In this document: positions 33,383 to 48,750 of the stretch, in pieces
Position numbering within the stretch: the first letter of the stretch is position 1
How the letters are laid out: each line of letters starts with the position of its first letter
NCBI GenBank assembly: GCA_009914755.4
Contig: CP068257.2
Span: forward strand, 14,752,001-14,816,000
Length of the DNA stretch: 64,000 nucleotides
Source: the human T2T-CHM13v2.0 reference genome, Homo sapiens
Direction of reading: 5' to 3'
Notes under the pieces: generated by a model
The model's database searches: none
Seen by the model: only the letters and a program-made list of their open reading frames with translations
What the model was told of the DNA's origin: nothing
Made by a program: the position numbers and the translations under genes

Positions 33383-36300
33383 CAATTCTTAAAAATTTTA
33401 AACTCAACATTTTATGTACCATATGAGTGAAATGAGACCCAATATTTTTGACAATAGGGATAAATATTTGTTTGAAAGTAATGGGAATAGTTTTAGAGAT
33501 ATTTTCTAACTATTTTCTGTGATATTTTTTAACGGTTCCACCGTTGGTGTTACTATACTCAAATTTAAGATCTTTTCCTCTGCTAGGATAACACAAACAT
33601 TGCTAATACAAAATTGTAAGATTTTTAAATTTTTCTTTTATTATGGAAAAAAGATTAAGTTATTTAGAAGTTCTTAAGTCACCAATCGAATATATTTATA
33701 AGCTTCTATTGAGTGTATCATCCAAGAGCTAATGAATATATTTATTACATTGACTATATTGATAAACAGTCTGGGGTTGTCATCTGGATATTTTTCACAC
33801 TTGCTAGTAAGCAACTGCTTTAATAAAATAAATAACATGAAAGTAGTATATTACAATGTGGTTTGCAAAGCCGTTTCACATATACATATACACATTAACA
33901 TTGAGAGGGAGAGGATATCACAGTCTTCCACCCCAGACAGTAAAATAATTAGTATCCTGTAGCTAAGAAAGACTGAGCTATGACCTGCACTGAAATTATT
34001 TTTCTACTGTAAATCTGTCATCTTTTATTGCAACAAACTACATCTCTGTAAATAATGGAACTTCATACAACAGATCCGTGGTGAACTAGTGGCTTAATAT
34101 ATCTCTCAAAATATTTTTTAAACAAAATATATTTTTTATTTGTATCTATAATGCTACAAAATTCTCATATGATCTGGAAATTTTCAACCATATATGATAA
34201 ATGATTTATTTATCATTTAACACATTTTCTTGGAGGTTGTGTATTAAATACATTTTAGCCCCTAAAAATGGTAATATCACTTTCTAATTTTTTTGTTTGT
34301 TTTAAATAATCAGTTCAAAGTTGGCCAAGGTCAATGATTCTTAAATCCTATTATTATTTTTTGACAACTATACAATGCCTGATATTGATTCCATTCCTGA
34401 TATCAGCTGGCAGTAAGCTTCCCTCTCAGATGAAGTGATAGATGGCCTGTTCATAATTCATACATGCAGTGGACACTACAAAATTCCACTGCTAGGCTTC
34501 TCCTTAATTAGACGTATTTGCATCTAATAGGAAGAGAAGACTAACTTTCCACCATGCTTTGTCCCTGTAATTGTATTCTAGGTATTAAAAACATTTTTAA
34601 ACATGCGCAGTGTCTGAAGACCTGAATTAACAAACTCATGTGGACATTTGAAAATGTGTACCTGTTTGTCCTACTACTATGCTACATATGTTTGGTTTTG
34701 TAAAAATATGGGTGAATTCATAGTATTGTTCTTTTTCACTCTGAATGTCACCTTGTATCTATTGGTTTTTACTGACCCATGAAAATGGCTGGAGTTAGTC
34801 TGATCTCACCATGTAGAAAGGTCAGGTTCATGGCTTGGATTTGAGAACAGCAGAATGAATCAACTTTGAGGAAGAAGCTGATTTAAAAAAAAAGAAAATG
34901 TCTATTTACATTGAGCTTATAAGAAATAGGTAGAGATCAAGAAGAAAACAAGTATGGAATTACTTCAGGATATTTTAAAAGCACTTCCATTTAGGTATCC
35001 TTGACTAAATCTGTCAACTTTGTATCCATTTTCTCATGAAGAAAGTGTTGAACTTTTCACTAGAAGTACTTTTTTTTATTCCTCAGTTAAAACATGCCTG
35101 TTATTCTTTTTGTAATACTTAAGCAATTTTATTTTAAAGATATACTACTTAGTTCATCCGTCTCCACTTGTTTTTTTTTTTTTTTTGCAATTATGTGTTT
35201 GTTTCCTTTAATACAACTGCTATAAAAGCAATCATGTTCATGGAGAAATAAGTATAATTCATAAAACTAGCATGCCTTGCAGAGATACAAGTAAAAATAT
35301 AGTTGTGTGTGTGTGTTTATTTACTGAGATGAATTTAATTCCTGGAGATTATTTTAAGCTTTGGAAATGATCTCTGGAGTAAAGAATAATATATTTCACT
35401 TTTTTATTAATAATAATTTTTATTTTGAAACATTGATATTTATAATCTGAAAATCCTATTTATTTGTTTGTTTGATATATACCAAGAAACAGTACATTGA
35501 TAGGTGATCATTTTTTTCACTGTATTTATTTATTTTTGGTAAGAGAAAGTAAATTGATATTTAATTATGAAATAACTAAATATGTTTTTCTTTTGTCTAG
35601 ACTAATTGTGAAGTGATAAAGTACATTTCTTACCAAATATAACATTTTAATGCATAGAACTTACTATCTATAATAGCTATCTTACAGTCATGATAGTTAT
35701 TAAGGTAATTTATCAATAAGCCTTCTTTTGGACAGAAGGGATACATCTAATTTTTAAAAATTTCTCTTTGTCTTTTACTAAGAAAGCCTCATTTATAGAA
35801 AACCAAATGAGAATTCTGGTCATCATGGACCCTAAGAGCTCTCAAATCCACTAAGAAAATTGCCATATGTGAAATATTCTCTTGCCCAGTTAGAACTATT
35901 CATTCATTGTAGGCTCTGATACCCATTTGATAAGAAATAACATTCTGATGCATGGCTAATTTGAATCATATTTAAAAATTAAGTAAAATTTGAGCCATAA
36001 AGGATTAAAGAGATGTAGATTATCTCATTTTGTAGCAGGAGATTTTTAAAATTTGATTACAAAGAAAACCAAATACTCCTATAATAGGAAATGTTACAAA
36101 ATTAACTGAGAATCGTTTTTACCCTATTTTGTTATTCTAGTCTCTGACTGGCGTGAAAAAGCTACTAGTTAAATGATTCAGGAAAGAATAAGATAAACAA
36201 AGGGCATACACTGTCCATACACCGTAGTAGTTCCTAACTTCTCTCTGGAATAATTAAAATCAATTTACAGTCAGAGCAGTTAACCAGCTCTCAGTAGTCT

Positions 36301-39300
36301 TCCATGTAATGAATACACTTCTGTACCCTTATTAAAACACGATTTGTCAGTGCTTCTGTCCTCATGAAAATTATAGCTTGGTTGAGAATATTAAACAGAA
36401 ATGAACCAACATGAGAAAAATGGAAAATAGGCTAAATTAGTTTAACTAAGCAGCTAGATTTTCTTTATCATGTGCCAATCATGGGCAAAAATTGAAGCCA
36501 GCACAAATCTCTCTGAATGGCTTTCTAGGGAAAACACATTTTTAATTACCACATGAGCCTGTTGGAAGGTAACCGAATTCAACAAAACCATTAATTGATA
36601 TTTTATTTGAAACCTTTCCTGATAATGCTTCTAGCATCTATCACCCTATTCCTATTTCTCTTGAAGAACAGAACATAGCATATAATAGGTGCTCAACAAA
36701 TATATGTTAAATGAATACATGAATGAAAAACCCTAATAAAGTGAATATTTGTATCTCTAACTGAGTTTCTCTTTCTCAATACGGCTCATTTCCTCAAATG
36801 CTAAAAGATTCTTAAAGCTCCTTCTGGGTCGCTTATCTTTCAATGATTTAGTTACTTTACAAAGAAATAACATCTAATTAAATCTTAAGCATCCAGAGAA
36901 ATCACTTTATCATTTTGTAATAATATCAGTCAATGAACATGACAGTTTCTGAAGATATATGTGTGGTAACTCGTGATCATTGTGCTTATATCTGGTCCAC
37001 AAGGGAATGAAGATTGTTACCAAGGATGTAATAATTTAGTGTGCAATACAATTTAAAAATAGATTAAAAACTGAGATGTAAAAATGGCACTCAGCCTGTT
37101 TTTGGTTTCTTTGTGTTGTATTATAGTCTCATATTTTGTTTTCAAAAGGTAATTGTCTGTCAATGTGTTTAGTCATTTCTTTGGGCATTTTTTGAACATG
37201 GTACATATAGACCATATCTTCATAAAACCAACAACTTTTATTTTTGCCATTTATAAATTCAAGTGTACTCATAATGTATATATTTGTATTCAGTTATTCA
37301 GAAACCTTAGTATTTAATGAAGATGTACAGAGAAATGGCATAATCAATAATGAATTGGTATAGCACCTATGTTGGAGCATCTTTTATTTAGTGCAGTAAA
37401 ATGGAGCAGATGATTTCTATTCCTAAAAGTATTTCCCCACTTGATTTAATGGTAAATCCTCCAGATCATAGTATTACTATTCTAGCATTCATGTCTGCTG
37501 CCTTTAGCTTTCTGTGTGAAAACTTCTCATCAGGAAATTTCTTAACTAATCACCAGGAAGATTTAATCAAAATCAGTTTAGTTACTAACTAATGTAAGCT
37601 TAGGGGAAAGAGAGAAGGGAAGTGTATAACGATTGAATTATTTGACTACATATTGTTAACACAGATATAAAAATCCATGACTTCTCTCCCTTCCTCCTCC
37701 ACTAAAAAAAGAAATTGAAGATAGTTGGGAACAAATAGTTGTTAACAGCAAAAATTAAAAAGAATACTAGCAGCTACCACTGCCTCTAGAGAGTGTACTG
37801 GGTTCTAGTAGACAAGTAGAGCTTTTTTAAAAGAACTGATGCTGGAGACGGTAACACCAATTCAAACCTCACCTCTACCACTAACCAGTTATCAAATCTT
37901 GACGTTTTTTTCTTACCTTTCTTTTTTATCTGTAAATTGGTAATAATAACAAACTTGATTTCATAGTATTTGTTAAACAATCAAAAATTAATAATGTCTC
38001 TTCCAATTAAATGAAGATGTATACAATTTAATCCAGATTTAGGAGTGAACATGAATGAAATGGGAAAAGAAGCATGTTCCTTTGAGATGTTACACTTTTT
38101 TAGTATAACATCATTGAAAAAAGCATCAAAGTATTCAACATGTTGCCATTATGAAGGTAAAAACAGAAAACAGAGTGGCAAGTTTCTGAGAGTATTAAAA
38201 AGTAGTAAATGTTGACTGCTTCATGTTTCTTTAAATCATCATTAACTGGAGGGTATGCCAGCCATATCTTCCATGAATATTTTCTTTTGAAACATTTCTT
38301 CAAGGAACCTTAAGTACATTAATTAAACTAGGGCAAAACTTCAAAAGACCTACTTCACTTTTCTTTGTGCAAGTTCACATAAGAAAAAGCAATTAATTTA
38401 AAATCCAAGTTTCATGTATTCCCAGCTTTCCAGTTGGGAGAAGATGAAATATACATCCTCAACTCTCCTATTTCTTTCTGAACTCAATCTTCTCATTCTC
38501 TTTTTTCTTTTTTTCTGGCATAATGGGTTATTTTGATTACTATTAAAAGGCTGAATGGTGTTGACAATTATCTTCTTTTTACTTCTGATGCTAATTCCAT
38601 TGTTCAGTAAATTAAGGGAAAGGAATACCAGATGAAACTTGGTATGATTTTTAAAGTCTGGAAAAGAAATCAATATTTAGCTTAATTATTGTCTTTTATG
38701 TACAGGTCTGAGTATTTACATTTGGAACAATCCTTGAGCTTAATTCTGCTGTTTAGACATGAAATAGAGTTCCAAAATCAAGTTAACCTATTTCTCATTA
38801 AGATGTATTAGTTTCAGTGTATCTTGCCCTGCTAAAAACAATCTTTTTTAATGCTCTATGTTTTGATCTATTTAATTTTTTTAAAAAAAACATAATAGTA
38901 GTTTCCAGTATGGAAAATCTGGTTGTCTCTAATTCAGTCTCTTTATACTAAGTCCAGTAGATCCATTTTAAGAGCAGGATAGACCTTTTTAAGGTGAATA
39001 TCTTTCAGAGGGGAACACAGTGTCTGATGTATGCTGATCTAAATCTAAGAAGTTTTTTCCAATCTGAGATCTCTTGCCTTACAGATACTGAAAGCATCAG
39101 TGTTTCTCTTTTCTAAAATTTTCACACAAATTTCAGTCCTGATGGTGTGATTTTTTTTTCTTTTGCCTTCAAGAGCTAACACAAGACATAAATCAGAAAC
39201 AAATTAACTGAAAGGAAAACTCAAAAAAAAAAAAGAAAAGAAAAAAGAGGATGCTTTACGAAGGGAGATGATTTGATGGTGGGTGAAACTGTAGACTAGG

Positions 39301-40431
39301 TTAATGCAACCAGGTTAAAGAAACTAGAGGGTTGAAGTACAATAAAGGGTGTCCAGAATTCTTAAATGCAGTAAAACAAACAAACATGTAGCAGAGGGGC
39401 CTTGTCTAGGGTATGGATGTTTTTCGATTTAAACAAAAAGGAGGAAAAATAACCAAATGATCTAGCAATTCCTTAGAACGTCTGTATACTATCTATCCAA
39501 TGTAATAATTAATCCAAATCATCTGTCACTATGCACTGCCACTCCATTCTGATAACAACCCTCTAACCATGTCTCACCAGGAAATAACATTTTTATTCAT
39601 ACAAGTTGCAGGTTATTTTCAAGACAGACTTCCTCTGTGCTGTTCATCATGCATACCTTAGCTAAAGTATTGTAGCTAGAATATAGCAGCAATTTTCCAA
39701 CCGATCTTCGAGTCTTTATTCCTTCAGGTATGTTGTGTGTACTCTTTCCATTTGCCTAAATTTTCTCTCAAAAATTAAGATCACATCTCACATTTTCTAG
39801 GAATCTTTTATGACTTTGTTGCTTTGATGTCCATGTCCCAACTGCACAGGTAAAGGTTCATCATAGCCTTACCTAAACCCTCTTTCTGGTCTTATTTCTC
39901 TGATGGTTATTTCCACAGTTAGAGCTGCAGGAAGCCACTTCTTTCTTTAACACATCATATCAACTTCCATCTATTTTAGTTCATGCTGCTTCTGCTATAA
40001 AAACTCTTACTGCTCTTTGTCTTTACCTAAAATAATTCCACTTCTGATTTTTATTAACTATATCAGTTTGGGCAACATATTAAATTGCTTCGTGCCTCAC
40101 TATGAAACTCTTTGGTTCCAGATGTATTTAGAATAGTTTGAATTTTAGAAAAGTTAGAGTGGTTATGCTATACATTATGTAACATCCCCAGCAAGGTCTT
40201 GGGTGGCCAAGGACATTAATATGTATGAATAATAACATTAAAGTCAGTAAATAGATAGTATAAGTAGTTTTTGCTTTAATGTTAATTGATTCCAAACTTG
40301 AAAAGTCTTTCATGTTTAGAAATTATTGTGATTTGGAATTTCAGAATCCAAAAGGAGCCATGTATCTCTAGTGCCAATCTCACAGACTTGAGGTAAAGAT
40401 TAAGTGAGGCGACACATTTAAAGAACTTGCA

Positions 40432-40745
<314 letters not shown>

Positions 40746-41695
40746 TTTGCGAATGGTCAACAATCATTATCTGTAACTGTTATTATCACCATCACCTGTC
40801 TGGTGTTTCATTTAAAAACCTTGTCGCCTGCAAAAATTCCTTCTAGCCAATCAGAATTTATTATACAATTCTTATAAGAACATTACAGATGTTACTTTTT
40901 GCCTGTTTGTGTGATTCGTTTTTTATATGTTTGTTTTTACCTACCCCAAACTTTAAAATATTTGATAGCAATAGTAGTTTATGTTTTCAAATCCACATCA
41001 CATTCCAAGCTGCATTCCATAGCATCTCTATCTCTTCCCTCTGGATTTGTCCTCCACTTCCAGTGAAAAAAACCAGTAATATTTTGGCTTTGTAGAAAAA
41101 CTTATTTTTATTCAGAGAAATTGTGACTTCCTCCATTTTGCCTCTTACGGACAGGAACTTGTCATTAATGTGCAGTAGAGGCAAACATTCCTTCTTGGAA
41201 CAGGATCTCTGCTTCTGGCTGATAAGCTAGGTGCTGCTAGAATGTAAATGCCTTCTAACTTGGGTAATAGTTCTTAGTACCTTTCATAAAGTCCTCTCTT
41301 ATTTCAGATAAAATTTGAAGGAACTGTCACAGATATTTAAAATTATCAAATAAATTATACCAGAAAAACTGCTTAAATTTTAATAAAGTTTGTTTTTAGT
41401 TGAGAGTGTAAAATATGACATTTTATTTTCTTAATAAGTTTATGTGGACTTAAACTATGAAGGTCTAAGTTTTTTGTTTTCCTCATGTGTATAGACCTCC
41501 AAAATTCTTTGAAATTTTAATTTGGGAGAGTAAAAAATTTGTTCAGGAGAGTAATTTGGTTCAGAGTATTAAAAAAACAAAGGTAAATTTAGAACTTTTG
41601 TGGTTAACATAAACAAAAATCCCTTGATTCATTGGATTTATAATAACGAAGAGAAAATTGAAAATTAGTTAGGTTGTTTGGAGTTAGGAAGGTAG

Positions 41696-42048
<353 letters not shown>

Positions 42049-43017
42049 TTAACCTTTATTTTATTAATATTTGTTTCTTCCCCAAAACTTGCATGATGAG
42101 TATCATTAACTGATAATACTAAATTGATCTTGGAAGGACTTTCTGTGAGGAAACATTACTTAGTGTTGCCTATAGGTATTTATAAGCACCTATAATAGCT
42201 CAATTGAAATGTTGCAGAAAAATTCTGAAAGACCTTTACGAGGTGTATGGAAATGAGTGAAGAATAAAGTTGAGAGAGAAAACTGATGGCATTCTGAAAG
42301 GGAAACACATTGTATGGAATTTAGTGGGTTGTTTGTTTTCTTAACCTGGCTTATTGAATAAGCTGAACTTTCCCAGCCTCCATCCTTTAAAATATGAACA
42401 CCACAAATAACAGGAAAGATAATAGCATTGGTTTCCAAGAAGAGCTCTACATGTAAGCCATGCATTGGGTCTCTAAGGCCAGTAACCATAGCTTTTGAAA
42501 TTTCAGGAATTCTCTTTAGAGTCACCATCTTCAACCTTAAAAATATGAATTTAAAGACTGAAAAGAATAAGAAACTCTTTAGTTACCATAACACAGAAAT
42601 TCTGTTGTGATTTTAGTTGTATGTTTATTTTTTAAGAGTTCAAATTAAAAAAGACAAAATTCCCATCATTTCAATAACATTTTTCTCATGGTTATTTACT
42701 CTATAAAGAAGTTATTGACTAAAGTATTTCAATGCTAATAACTGCAACTCTAACATGATAAGTATGTATTATTTGAACTCACTATGCAATTGTAATCCAG
42801 AATAATGCATTTTAAAATTTCTAAAAATCAAATGAGTCTGCTTGTAAAATATTTTTGCTGGCAGCCTTTATAGAATATTGAAAATAATAGATTTAAAGTG
42901 AATATTCTGATTAATAATAGATGTCAAACTTGCCAAGAAAAGTCAGTAGAGGATACAGTTTTTGAAATCTTATGTTTACAGAAAGATAAAATGAATAAAA
43001 CAGGAAAACAAGCCTTA

Positions 43018-43410
<393 letters not shown>

Positions 43411-43875
43411 TTATTGGGGAAAAATAGTGTTCTTCAGATATCATATTTGCTTCAAGCAAAAAAATAACTTCAGTTAGAGCTAGCTGGAATAATGACAGAT
43501 TTCTAGATTATGGTCAAAATAATGCCATTACCTTGTACCTGATTGCTGCATGTAATTTTTGAAAACAATACAAATTGTTTTACCTGACCTTTTGGGTATC
43601 AAAGCCTTCTCCTATCTAAATGCAATGATGATATTAGGTAAATGCAGAATAATTCTGAAGTTATGTTTTAGACTTAAAACTGTATGTATTTAGAAGCATG
43701 ACCAATTTCATCTTTAGTAAAGCAATACCTGAAAAGGGGGGTTTTAGTATTTTAAACATTGTCATTTGAGCTTAGAAGTAACATTTTTTCCTTCTCTTAT
43801 TTATTTATGTATTTATTTATTTATCCTTTATAGGTCTTATTCAATACCAAGAATTCCTCAGGATGTCCATTTTTT

Positions 43876-44203
43876 TGTTTTGTTTTGTTTCTTATTATCT
43901 TTGTTTTTTTTTTTTTTTGAGATGGAGTCTCACTGTGTTGCCCAGGCTGGAATGTAGTGGCACAATCTTGGCTCACTGCAACCTCCACCTCCCTGAGGTT
44001 CAAGTGATTCTCCTGCCTCAGCCTCCCAAGCAGCTGAGATTACAGGCACTTGCTGCTGCACCCAGCTGATTTTTGTATTTTTAGTAGAGACATGGTTTCA
44101 CCATGCTGCCCAGGCTGGTCTTGAACTCCTGACCTCAAGTGATCTACCTGCCTTGGCCTCCCAAAGTGCTGGGATTACAGGCATGAGCCACCGCACCCGT
44201 CCA
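43876..44203 (-). mobile_element. Alu element with a long degenerate T-rich head and a ~15-bp target-site duplication (aggatgtccattttt / aggatgttcgttttt)
   Basis: ttgttttgttttgtttcttattatctttgttttttttttttttgagatggagtctcactgtgttgcccaggctggaatgtagtgg...ggcatgagccaccgcacccgtcc is flanked by near-identical 15-mers at 43860-43875 and 44203-44217. Confidence 0.95.
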
Positions 44204-44679
44204 GGATGTTCGTTTTTAAATAAGTCACCACAGCTTCATATTTAAAAAAAATCTTTAATTAAATTTCAAATCTTGAGCTGAATTTAGTATAATATTAAAC
44301 ATAGTTTAGTAATTACATATCATTTATTGTTGATAGTTTTGCATATGAATCTATGTATAGCTCATTTAAAAAATGGCTTTAGCATGAAGTATAAACAGTT
44401 GAACAAATAAATGAGAAAAATGCTTGCTTAGAAGGAATGGAAATTGGGTCAGCACAGCCTTGCCTTTGCCCAAGCGGTGGAGTTGAGAAAGTATTTTGTC
44501 TACACAAAAGCCAGACAGCTACTCTAATGCCCAGTGAATTCTGACAGTATGTTACAGTTTAATGTGATGAATGATGTAAGGACCCGCCTAAAATGCTCAC
44601 GCAGCTTCCCAATGTCTTACCCTGACCTACAAACCAGCTCATAGGTCTCCATGCATGTGTTGTAGAAAGTGATGTAGAT

Positions 44680-45008
<329 letters not shown>

Positions 45009-46608
45009 TTAGTTGAGGATATATATAGGGAGAAGTTACTTCAAAAATGTTATTTTTTATAAAAGTCTTTTTGACTGTGTTTCTCACCCACTTAAACACC
45101 TCCAGGGTAGAGACTGTTTCTTATTTATATATATTCAGTCTTGTATATAGAGGATCCTTTCCTCATGAATGTTTATAGAATAAAGTTAGACATTAGAAAC
45201 AAGAATGAGCCTTTTGCTTCTTGTTGCCTGCAGGGCTAAGGCGAAGCTCATGGAATAAGTCTAGGATGTTTGTTTTTATATGAACTGTGGTGTAATAGAA
45301 AGAGAGCAAGAAAGAACAGCAGTAAGTAGGACAAGAATTAGAAGCTGATAAGTTAGTCCTTCTACTTTAGCTTAGCATTTAAAGCCCATCCCACTATTCT
45401 TCAGCATATGATTCAGTTGATGTGAAACTCTCACTGGCTTTTCATAGCTCTATACATTTGCACATACTGTTCTATATGCATAAAAATTCTTTTATTCCTT
45501 TTTCACCTGAAAAAAAATATCTGCTGATCCTTTAATACTCTGACACCTCATTTGAAAAAGCTTGCTTTACTCCTCCAGGCAGAGTTGATTGTTCCTGTCT
45601 GAGATGTTACCTATCTGTATCATAGTGCTTTTCACTTTGACTTACAAGTATTCATTTACATACATGTCTGCTCTCAGGCTAAATTTTCAGCTCCTCACAG
45701 CCGGGACTATTTCTTGTTCATTTCTGTATTCCAACCATCTTTTATTATGCCTTTCACAGTTGGCATTCTATGAAAGGCTGGTTAATCTTTCTAAGCATTA
45801 AACCAGCCTTTTGGAAAAATAATGTAATATATTTACAGAGAAATGATATATGATGGCGAACAGTAGTTTATGCTCTCTGTTGCCTTGTATTTCTCCACAA
45901 AAGTAAATAACAATGACAAAAACACAATATCAAATTTAGAAATGAAACAAGATTTGTTTGAAAGCATTTATTTGAATAACTTAAATGAAATAGTCAGAGC
46001 AGTATAAATAGCATACTACAAGAAAATAAAGTCATAAAGAAATTTTCAAAACTCTCTGCCAGCTTTTCATAGACAATAGAAAATTAGAATAGAAAAAAAT
46101 CATTATAGGACATCCTATTCAATTACATCATGAATGGACATTGAATAAATAAATGGATGACTGAAGCCTAGAGGCTAGAAATAACATCCTAAAGTCACAT
46201 TTGTTAGCATCTGTGCTAGGATTAGAACCCAGATCCCAATGCCAAGTCAAAAGTAAAATCCTCACTTTTAAAGTGCTGTGTCTTTTTTAACTTTTATTTT
46301 CATGTAATAATTATAGACCTACAGAAAAAGTTGTGCAAATAACATAGAGAGTTTACATATGTCCTTCACCTAGTTTCCCCTAATGGTAACAATGTACATA
46401 ACTATAGCATAATTATCAAAACCAGAAATTAATATAAAATTCAGGATTCCACATTGCCTTTTTTTGTTGGGTCTCCATCTTCTCACTATGTTGTAGTTTC
46501 TCAGTCTTTGGCTTTTATGACATTGACACTTTTGATGAGTACTGATCAGTTATTTTGTAGAATGTCCCTCAATTTGGGTTTGTCTGATGTTTTCTCATGA
46601 GTACTTTG

Positions 46609-47355
46609 TTGTTGTTTTCTTTTATTATTATACTTTAAGTTCTAGGGTACATGTCACAACGTGCAGGTTTGTTACATATGTATACATGTGCCATGTTGGT
46701 GTGCTGCACCCATTAACTCATCATTTAGCATTAGGTATATCTCCTAATGCTATCCATCGCCCCTCCCCCCACCCCACAACAGGCCCCAGTGTGTGATGTT
46801 CCCCTTCCTGTGTCCAAGTGTTCTCATTGTTCAATTCCCACCTATGAGTGAGAACTTGTGGTGTTTGGCTTTTTGTCCTTGCAATAGTTTGCTGAGAATG
46901 ATGGTTTCCAGCTTCATCCATGTCCCTACAAAGGACATGAACTCATCATTTTTTATGGCTGCATAGTATTCCATGGTGTGTATATACCACATTTTCTTAA
47001 TCCAGTCTATCATTGATGGACATTTGTGTTGGTTCCAAGTCTTTGCTATTGTGAATAGTGCTGCAATAAACATACGTGTGCATGTGTCTTGATAGCAGCA
47101 TGATTTATAATCTTTTGGGTATATACCCAGTAATGGGATGGCTGGGTCAAATGGTATTTCTAGTTCTAGATCCTTGAGGAATCGCCACACTGTCTTCCGC
47201 AATGGTTGAACTAGTTTACAGTCCCACCAACAAGTGTAAAAGTGTTCCTATTTCTCCACATCCTCTCCAGCACCTGTTGTTTCCTGACTTTTTAATGATG
47301 GCCATTCTAACTGGTGTGAGATGGTATCTCATTGTGGTTTTGATTTGCATTTCTC
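46609..47355 (-). mobile_element. Short 5'-truncated L1PA-type 3' fragment (~750 bp) with a 16-17 bp target-site duplication (ttctcatgagtactttg)
   Basis: The + strand reads ttgttgttttcttttattattatactttaagttctagggtacatgtcacaacgtgcaggtttgttacatatgtatacatgtgccatgttggtgtgctgcacccattaactcatcatttagc...gatttgcatttc. The minus ORF 46831-47202 translates to the L1 ORF2 C-terminus (...[17 protein letters not shown]...). ttctcatgagtactttg occurs at 46592-46608 and 47351-47367. Confidence 0.9.
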
Positions 47356-48750
47356 ATGAGTACTTTGAAGTTATGCATTTGGGAAAGAATAACTGCTATG
47401 CCCGACTCAGTGCGTCCTGTCAGCAGGTACATGTTTTCAACACATCTAATTACTGAAGATGTTAACCTTCAGCACTTGAGTGAGGTGGTTCCTGTCGGGT
47501 TTTTTCCATGTAAGGTTACTATTTCTTCCTTCATAATTAATATATTTGCAGGAAATAGTCTGTTTTTCTTCCATCTTTCACCTACTAATTTTAACATTAA
47601 TGGTAGATCTTGTCTGTAACAATTATTAATCTTGTGTTTGCTTTATGTGATTTTGTTATGTTCTTCATTCCTTCTACATTTATTAATTGGGATTCTTTTA
47701 AAGGAGGTGGTTCTTCTCCCCCATTTGTTTGGTTATTTAATTATATAATTTACATCAGTGTGGACACATAGCTGTTTATTTATTTTAGGGGTTATAATCC
47801 CTAAATAGTATCATTATGTATTTTGTTGTCAAATTATTTCAGCTTCTGCCATTGAGAATGCTTTTCAGGCCGGTTTCAATATCCATTCAACATGTCCCCC
47901 ATTTTTTCTAGCACTTTCTTACTCCTTGCCATCACAAGATATTCCAGATTCATTTTGTATTTTTCCTGCCCAGTCTTCTCTGATTTTATTCTAATGGGAT
48001 AGATTAATTCTAGTCTTCTGCCTTTCCTTGTTTCTAATTTTTTTCAAACAATGAAAAATTAAGCTCTCATTATCTACAATATGTTTACTTATTTGTTCAA
48101 TCCCGGTACACACATCAAGTAGTTACAAAGTTGCTAAACCTTGTCTCTGTAAAAACAGATCGACTGATCATAGTAATGTAATAGAGTACAGTATATTCAA
48201 AATATTTTTACTAAGTGCTAATATATTTAAAGTAATAGTTTGTTATTTTCTTCCCACCCCATTCAGTGTGGTGATGTCATTCATTTATAATATAGCTAGC
48301 TTCATTTTTTACTATTTGTATTCCACTCCATGTCCACCTGATATCCTGGTTTATTTTGATTTTTTTAAGTTTTGGGGGGATATGTGAAAATCACTATGGT
48401 TCTAAGATGCAAAACTATTTTTTAGAAGTGACACCCAGAAAGGTGTTGTTCCCTGTAGCTCCTTCCCTCCGTGTTCCCATTACACCCTTTTCCCTACTCA
48501 TTTCTCTTCCACTCCCTGCAGCTTCTGGGCTTTCCTTCCTGTATTTCTTTTGCACAAAGGAGAAGATACATATTTATTTTCTTATATTCCTTTCTTTCTT
48601 ACACGAAAGGTAGCTACAGTAGATACTCATTTACAATTTGCTTTCTTCAATTAAGAGATTATCCTGGAAACCACTCCAAATCAGTTCATAGAGACCTTCC
48701 TTTCTTTTTTACAACTGCAGATTACCCTGTTGTGTTGATTTAACATAACA

